Source: an uncultured Bacteroidota bacterium (GTDB lineage Bacteria; Bacteroidota; Bacteroidia; Flavobacteriales; Flavobacteriaceae). Taken from it: a DNA stretch of 60,802 bases. The stretch covers positions 1 through 60,802 of the forward strand of contig CAISYO010000327.1 in assembly GCA_903889745.1 (NCBI GenBank), read 5' to 3'. Both the position numbers and the translations under genes were made by a program. Positions 55,233 through 60,802 of this stretch are shown piece by piece; the first letter of the stretch is position 1, and each line of letters begins with the position of its first letter. The notes beneath the pieces are model-generated. The model was given only the letters and a program-made list of their open reading frames with translations. It did no database searches and was not told the DNA's origin.

Positions 55233-57512
55233 TTATTTTTTTTCTAAGGTATCAAATTTTGATTCCATTTCGGCTTTAGGCCAAAAGTTATTAGTTACAT
55301 CAATATCTGCTGTTTCTAATTTTGGATCCAATTGTATTTTAACTACTTTTTTCTCAGTAGCAAAAACTCGTTTAGCTGTCTCATTGTTTTTTCTCCAAAT
55401 TTGTGCTGGAAATTTGTGAGTTTCTGAAGTTCCATCTTCAAACTGAAGTTCCACAATAATAGGCATTATCAATCCGCCTGGTTTAGCAAATTCAACCTCA
55501 TAGAAAAACTTAGGCGATTTTAATGCGCTTATTTCTTCAGCCGAATAATTTTTATTTAAATAATCTGACAAGGCCTGAACCTTTGTTCTATCGAAACCAT
55601 TCTTCAATTCGGGTTTAAAATCTGTTGAACCTTCTAAAACCATTTTCAACATCGGTTGATTTTCATCACCAATTTTTCTTCCTCTTCTATTGAATTGTGC
55701 TTTTGCTTCTTTTGGATCTTGCTCAATAACATAATATTGTTTCACATCTTTCACAGCAATATCAGTAAAGTCTGTTGAATAAAACCAACCTCTCCAAAAC
55801 CAATCTAAATCAACCGCCGAAGCATCTTCCATTGTTCTGAAGAAATCTTCTGGTGTTGGATGTTTAAATTTCCAACGGTTTGCATAGGTTTTGAAAGCGT
55901 GATCAAACAGTTCATGACCCATAATAGTTTCTCTTAAAATATTTAATCCTGTTGCGGGTTTTCCATAAGCGTTTGCACCAAAATTGTAAATATTTTCAGA
56001 ATTCGTCATAATTGGTTCTAAATATTGTTGGTTTCCTTTCATGTAAGGTACAATATTTTTTGCTGGTCCACGCATTGCAGGAAAGTTTGGATCAAATGTA
56101 GTTTCAGTCAAATATTCTAAAAACGTATTTAATCCTTCATCCATCCAAGTCCATTGTCTTTCATCTGAATTTACAATCATTGGAAAGAAATTATGTCCTA
56201 CTTCGTGAATAATTACACCTAACATACCATATTTCACTCTGTTGCTTACAAACCCTTTATCATCTGGACGTCCATAATTCCAGCAAATCATTGGATATTC
56301 CATTCCTTGGTCTTCTGCAGAAACAGAAACTGCTTTTGGATACGGATAATCGAATGTATGATGTGAATACGTTTTTAAAGTGTGTGCAACTGCTTTTGTA
56401 GACAAATCACCCCATAAAGGATTAGCTTCTTTTGGATAAATAGAGATAGCTAAAGGTTTATTGGTAGGTAAATTAACCGCCATTGCATCTAAAATAAATT
56501 TTCTAGAGGTTGAAAATCCAAAATCACGTACGTTTTGTGCTTTGAACTTCCATGTTTTCTTTTGGTCAGAAAAACTACTCTCTTTTGCAATTGCTTCTTC
56601 TTGAGTTACAATGACAACTGGTTTATCAAAAGAATTTTCAGCGAGTGCCCAACGCTTCATTTGTTCTGCACTATATACTTCACTTTTATTTTGTATTACA
56701 CCAGTTCCTTCCATAATATGATCAGCAGGAACCGTAATATTTACTTCATAATCTCCAAAAGTTAATGCAAACTCTCCTCTTCCCCAAAACTGCATGTTTT
56801 GCCATCCTTCAACATCGCTATATACAGCCATACGGGGGTAAAATTGTGCCATTACATATAAACGATTTCCGTCTGGAAACTGCTCATAACCTGAACGACC
56901 ATTATTTACTTGTTCTTGATAATTTACAATATTGTACCACCATTTGATTGAAAAAGTAACTTTTTCGCCATTTTTTAAAGGTTTTGGCAAGTCAATACGC
57001 ATCATGGTTTGATTGATGGTATATTTCATAGGGTTTCCTTTTGAATCTTTTACATATTCAATATTAAAACCACCCTGAAAAGGTGCTTCAATGAATTTTT
57101 TTGCAAATCCATCAGAAGTAATTGATTTATTTAATGATTCACTTTCAGCTAGTGGTGTTTTAGAATCGGGTCTTTCGATATTCTGATCCAATTGTACCCA
57201 TAAATATTCTAACGATTCTGGGGCGTTGTTGTGATAGGTTATGGTTTCTGAACCGTATAATTTTTTATTTTTATCATCTAATTCCAGATTCATTTTATAA
57301 TCTGCTTTTTGCTGATAATAAGCTGGTCCAGGTGCTCCAGAAGCAGTTCTAAACATATTTGGCGTTGCCATTTCAGTGTACATTTGACGAAATTTATTCT
57401 CATCATAATGTCCAGATTCACGCTTTTTTTCTTCTGGCTTTGCCTCTTGAGCAAAACTTCCGAAATGAACTGCTAAAATTAAAAAAGCACTTAATAAAAT
57501 TAATTTTTTCAT
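55233..57512 (-). CDS. Secreted M1 family zinc aminopeptidase
   Basis: Signal peptide, GMEYP, HEVGH...WMDEG (HExxH-x18-E), AYGK. Confidence 0.92.
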   Translation of the reverse strand: MKKLILLSAFLILAVHFGSFAQEAKPEEKKRESGHYDENKFRQMYTEMATPNMFRTASGAPGPAYYQQKADYKMNLELDDKNKKLYGSETITYHNNAPESLEYLWVQLDQNIERPDSKTPLAESESLNKSITSDGFAKKFIEAPFQGGFNIEYVKDSKGNPMKYTINQTMMRIDLPKPLKNGEKVTFSIKWWYNIVNYQEQVNNGRSGYEQFPDGNRLYVMAQFYPRMAVYSDVEGWQNMQFWGRGEFALTFGDYEVNITVPADHIMEGTGVIQNKSEVYSAEQMKRWALAENSFDKPVVIVTQEEAIAKESSFSDQKKTWKFKAQNVRDFGFSTSRKFILDAMAVNLPTNKPLAISIYPKEANPLWGDLSTKAVAHTLKTYSHHTFDYPYPKAVSVSAEDQGMEYPMICWNYGRPDDKGFVSNRVKYGMLGVIIHEVGHNFFPMIVNSDERQWTWMDEGLNTFLEYLTETTFDPNFPAMRGPAKNIVPYMKGNQQYLEPIMTNSENIYNFGANAYGKPATGLNILRETIMGHELFDHAFKTYANRWKFKHPTPEDFFRTMEDASAVDLDWFWRGWFYSTDFTDIAVKDVKQYYVIEQDPKEAKAQFNRRGRKIGDENQPMLKMVLEGSTDFKPELKNGFDRTKVQALSDYLNKNYSAEEISALKSPKFFYEVEFAKPGGLIMPIIVELQFEDGTSETHKFPAQIWRKNNETAKRVFATEKKVVKIQLDPKLETADIDVTNNFWPKAEMESKFDTLEKK

Positions 57513-57527
57513 GGTATACTGTTTGTT

Positions 57528-58031
57528 TTAATAGTCGATTTTTTCTTGAAACATTGTATTAGTCAATAAAAAGCTTTTTTTGTTACTATTAATATTAGTA
57601 TGAACAATATTTTGTTGATCTTGAAATGTTTCGGTTAATAATGAATTATAAAATTCGAAGGTATTTATTTTTTTTGAAATAGCAATTTTTGTGTAAACTA
57701 TTAACACGTCTCCTTCAACTTCTTTCGCTAAATATTCGATTACTTGAGGTTTTTTATTGATCGAAATTTTGATTTTTTCCTTAACATATGCTTTTATCCA
57801 TTCTTCCGCTTCCGGAAGTTCATTAGTAGAAGTAATATTAGGTTTTTTTTGATGTTTTTTAGTTAGGGCCTTTTCTAAATCATCAATAAAAATTCTGGAA
57901 GTAATTTCTATTCTTTTTTTATTCGGCACATAATCTATTTGTGTTACCGAAACATAAAATTTATGCAGCGCGAAAGAACTACACATTATAAAACAAAAAA
58001 TCAATAATCCTATTTTAAAGTTGTTTTTCAT
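57528..58031 (-). CDS. Secreted hypothetical protein (DUF6702-like)
   Basis: Signal peptide then HKFYVS, RIFIDDLE..L, QQNIVH. Confidence 0.7.
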   Translation of the reverse strand: MKNNFKIGLLIFCFIMCSSFALHKFYVSVTQIDYVPNKKRIEITSRIFIDDLEKALTKKHQKKPNITSTNELPEAEEWIKAYVKEKIKISINKKPQVIEYLAKEVEGDVLIVYTKIAISKKINTFEFYNSLLTETFQDQQNIVHTNINSNKKSFLLTNTMFQEKIDY

Positions 58032-58047
58032 TTGGTAAAAATAGTAA

Positions 58048-58881
58048 TTATTCTTTTTGATTTTGCTTTTTGAATTCGGCAGCTTTTTGAATTAAATATT
58101 CTATTAATTTCAACTCGTTTTCTGGCTTTAATAAGGGTGATAATTCGCACACATTTAGTTCAGAAAAACCCATAAACATAGGAATATCTTCATTTTTTAA
58201 TTTTAAGGTTTCTACAAAAAAATTGTGTGAAAAACGTTCAAATAAATGATCGGAATACGATTTAGATTGCAAGGATTTAATCCGCCTTTCTTCATAAACT
58301 CTTTTGGAATGACTTTTTGAAAGAGAAGGTTTTATAAACAAACTGACTAAACCTGCGCCTATGGCAAGAAAATTAAAATTAGAACCGTTTGGTGCTAAAA
58401 TAGTTGGCATCGCAGTATTTACTGGAGCACCGGTTCTAACATCGTCTTCATAATGCATGATTTTTTTAGCGTCAATGACTGCAAAACCATCACCATAAAC
58501 TTGAATTCGTTTGGTGTCTTCAGTTAAATTTCCTGAAAGTGTGTAAGGTGTTATGACAAGTTCATCTAATTCTGTGATTTTAACATGCAATCTTATTTCG
58601 AGTTCTTCTTTCCAAAAATCCTTTTGAGTTAAAATGTATTTTTGTGAGACAAAAGAAGAACCTTCAAAAAACAGCGTATCGGTAGCTCTTGCTCGGATTG
58701 AAAATTTTCCATCAATATCTGTTTTTGCTCCCACATTTGATGAAATATTATGCACCGAAATATTTTCAACATCAAATGAATCAACAACAATTATTCCGCG
58801 AAGGACTTTTCGTTCGATGCCTTGTGAAAATAGTTGGTTCCCTAAAAATAGACTTAGAATAACTAAAAATAGTGATTTCAT
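58048..58881 (-). CDS. Secreted hypothetical protein with carboxypeptidase-regulatory-like N-domain
   Basis: Signal peptide; G.F.I.A...DTL.F and ELDELVI pattern. Confidence 0.65.
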   Translation of the reverse strand: MKSLFLVILSLFLGNQLFSQGIERKVLRGIIVVDSFDVENISVHNISSNVGAKTDIDGKFSIRARATDTLFFEGSSFVSQKYILTQKDFWKEELEIRLHVKITELDELVITPYTLSGNLTEDTKRIQVYGDGFAVIDAKKIMHYEDDVRTGAPVNTAMPTILAPNGSNFNFLAIGAGLVSLFIKPSLSKSHSKRVYEERRIKSLQSKSYSDHLFERFSHNFFVETLKLKNEDIPMFMGFSELNVCELSPLLKPENELKLIEYLIQKAAEFKKQNQKE

Positions 58882-58900
58882 ATCTGTTTATTAAATTTTA

Positions 58901-59647
58901 TCAAAAACCTTGCAATTCGCGATAATTTGTGGCTAACTCCGATAAAATAAATGTAGCCATTGTATAATTTTTTATTTTAATTGCATCAGCAAATCGTTGG
59001 TTATCGGAAGCATAAAACATGAATCCTTCTACATATTCTTCAGGAATTTTTAATGTATTGATTATATAATTTGCATCATATTTATTGGCTAATTTTATTT
59101 GAAGAAGCTCTCTTTTCTCAACTTCTACCTCCTTATTTAGCCTATTTGTTCTGCCACTTATTGCGTTTATCAATCCATCAACGCTCATTCCTCCCACTGG
59201 AATTAATAGCGGACTATACCATTTAAACTGTCCTGCTGTGAGTAGCTTTCGTTCGGCAGGAGTATAGGTTTTTTGACCTTTCGGAACAATTCCAAGTGAA
59301 ACCGCATTAATACTTTTATAATCAATAATAGCTAATTCTCTAAGTTCTGTGCGATTAAGTGGCATGGGAATAAAAATTAAATTATCACCAAAATCTTTAT
59401 CTTTAATAATATGCATAGTTGCTTTCAAATTAAAAGCGCTAAACATTAAAGTATCATTTTGTTTTCCATTGATTGAAAAATAGCCGCCTCGATATGAATA
59501 TGTTTCCTGTTTTGAAGAAATATTTTTTATCAACACTCCCTCTATATCTGTTGCATCCGATACAATTTTACCTTTAAACACCATTTTATTTTGTGAAAAT
59601 CCACAAAATGAGAACAGTATTATTAAGTAAGAAAGGAGTCGTTGCAT
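58901..59647 (-). CDS. Secreted hypothetical protein with carboxypeptidase-regulatory-like N-domain (paralog-like)
   Basis: Signal peptide; GYFSI....DTLMFS, TPAERKL, INAISGR. Confidence 0.65.
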   Translation of the reverse strand: MQRLLSYLIILFSFCGFSQNKMVFKGKIVSDATDIEGVLIKNISSKQETYSYRGGYFSINGKQNDTLMFSAFNLKATMHIIKDKDFGDNLIFIPMPLNRTELRELAIIDYKSINAVSLGIVPKGQKTYTPAERKLLTAGQFKWYSPLLIPVGGMSVDGLINAISGRTNRLNKEVEVEKRELLQIKLANKYDANYIINTLKIPEEYVEGFMFYASDNQRFADAIKIKNYTMATFILSELATNYRELQGF

Positions 59648-59922
59648 TTTTATAATTTGAATATTTTTGTAAATATACCAAATAGACCTCGAAACGAAAT
59701 CCTAAAAAGATGATAAACTTATGTTAATACAAAGCCTTACTTTTGCAAAAAAAAGCATTGAAGTCGTTTTAACTTTTTTCAATTGGCTGCAAAATTGTAT
59801 TTTTATCCCATATTTCATCTTTTTTTAATTCCGTAGTCCAACTATGCAATGAAAAAAAGCTAAAATCTGAAACAAAAACACTAGTTTTTCGCTTCAATCA
59901 ATAAAGATTAAACGACTTCATT

Positions 59923-60630
59923 ATGAAAAATATAATTATTGCCAGCACCTCAACATTACATAATGGAGAATATCTTGAGTATCTCTTGCCTGAATTGAAC
60001 GTTTTATTTGAGAAATGTACTGAAATACTTTTTATACCCTATGCCCGTCCTAGCGGAATATCACATGAAGATTATACAAAAAAAGTAGCCGAAGCTTTAA
60101 CTAAAATTTCAAAAACAATTAAAGGAATTCATGAATTTGAGAACCCCATTGAAGCCATAGAAAAGGCAGAAGGCATTTTTATTGGTGGTGGAAATACTTT
60201 TTTATTAGTGAGCCAATTGTATAAAAACAATTGTATTGAAGCTTTAGAAAAAGTAGTTAAAAACGGAACGCCATATCTAGGAACTAGCGCTGGAAGCAAT
60301 ATTTGTGGTTTAACGATGAGTACAACTAATGATATGCCTATTGTTTACCCACCCAGTTTTAGAACATTAGGGTTTGTATCTTTCAATATAAATCCACATT
60401 ATTTAGATCCTATTGAAGGTTCAACCCATATGGGAGAAACGCGCGAAACCAGAATAAATGAGTTTCATCAATTTAATCCTCAGCCAGTCATTGGACTTAG
60501 AGAAGGAAGTTGGTTAGCAGTAAATGGTGATTCTATCAAATTAAAAGGTAGTTTAACCGCTAGAATTTTTAAAAGAAATGAAAAACCAATAGAAGTTGAT
60601 CCTGAAACAGAACTGAAAGATTTGAAATAA
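59923..60630 (+). CDS. pepE: Dipeptidase E (peptidase S51)
   Basis: FIPYA, GGGNTF, GTSAGSN, TTNDMPI, INPHY, HMGETRE.RI.EF. Confidence 0.95.
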   Translation: MKNIIIASTSTLHNGEYLEYLLPELNVLFEKCTEILFIPYARPSGISHEDYTKKVAEALTKISKTIKGIHEFENPIEAIEKAEGIFIGGGNTFLLVSQLYKNNCIEALEKVVKNGTPYLGTSAGSNICGLTMSTTNDMPIVYPPSFRTLGFVSFNINPHYLDPIEGSTHMGETRETRINEFHQFNPQPVIGLREGSWLAVNGDSIKLKGSLTARIFKRNEKPIEVDPETELKDLK

Positions 60631-60658
60631 AAAAAGCCTTGCAAATACAGGGCTTTTT
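60629..60658. terminator. Bidirectional terminator between pepE and tRNA-Gly
   Basis: A-run GCCTTG-loop-CAGGGC T-run. Confidence 0.75.
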
Positions 60659-60662
60659 ATTG

Positions 60663-60735
<73 letters not shown>

Positions 60736-60769
60736 AGGTGATAATTTTTAAAACTTTATCTTGTTTTTG

Positions 60770-60802
60770 AGCGGAAGACGAGGCTCGAACTCGCGACAAC
60801 CA
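60770..60802 (-). tRNA. Second tandem tRNA-Gly copy, 3' part (cut by window end)
   Basis: Identical to 60663-60695; anticodon lies outside the window. Confidence 0.8.

Overview
AT-rich core-genome segment from a Flavobacteriaceae chromosome, very probably Flavobacterium. Evidence: gldB, gldC, gldJ, porU, porV, Bacteroidetes TAnnTTTG -7 promoter boxes and no obvious Shine-Dalgarno sites. In order it carries a DegT-family aminotransferase end, galE, gcvP, a truncated globin, fabH, a methyltransferase/GT2/MlaEF block, pdhA-pdhC, cdd, porV-porU, gldJ-murF, tRNA-Arg(UCG), the dcw cluster (mraZ to ftsZ), engB, gldBC, nadE, dnaG, an ECF sigma three-gene module, a response regulator facing a truncated histidine kinase, a polyprenyl synthase, rlmN, tatA, an M1 peptidase block, pepE and tandem tRNA-Gly. 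I saw no prophage, transposase, CRISPR array or defence island. The main unexplained signal is below gene scale. About a dozen short, roughly 7-bp-period tandem arrays of different sequence families occur at gene junctions, often as inverted pairs with a G/T-rich arm after a stop codon and a C/A-rich arm before a start codon. Four more arrays lie in frame inside murG, pdhC (twice) and a putative anti-sigma factor, where they encode 7-residue-period peptides. A GC-rich REP-like inverted-repeat element has also rebuilt the junction between two genes. All product calls come from motif and family recognition by eye; no database search was run.
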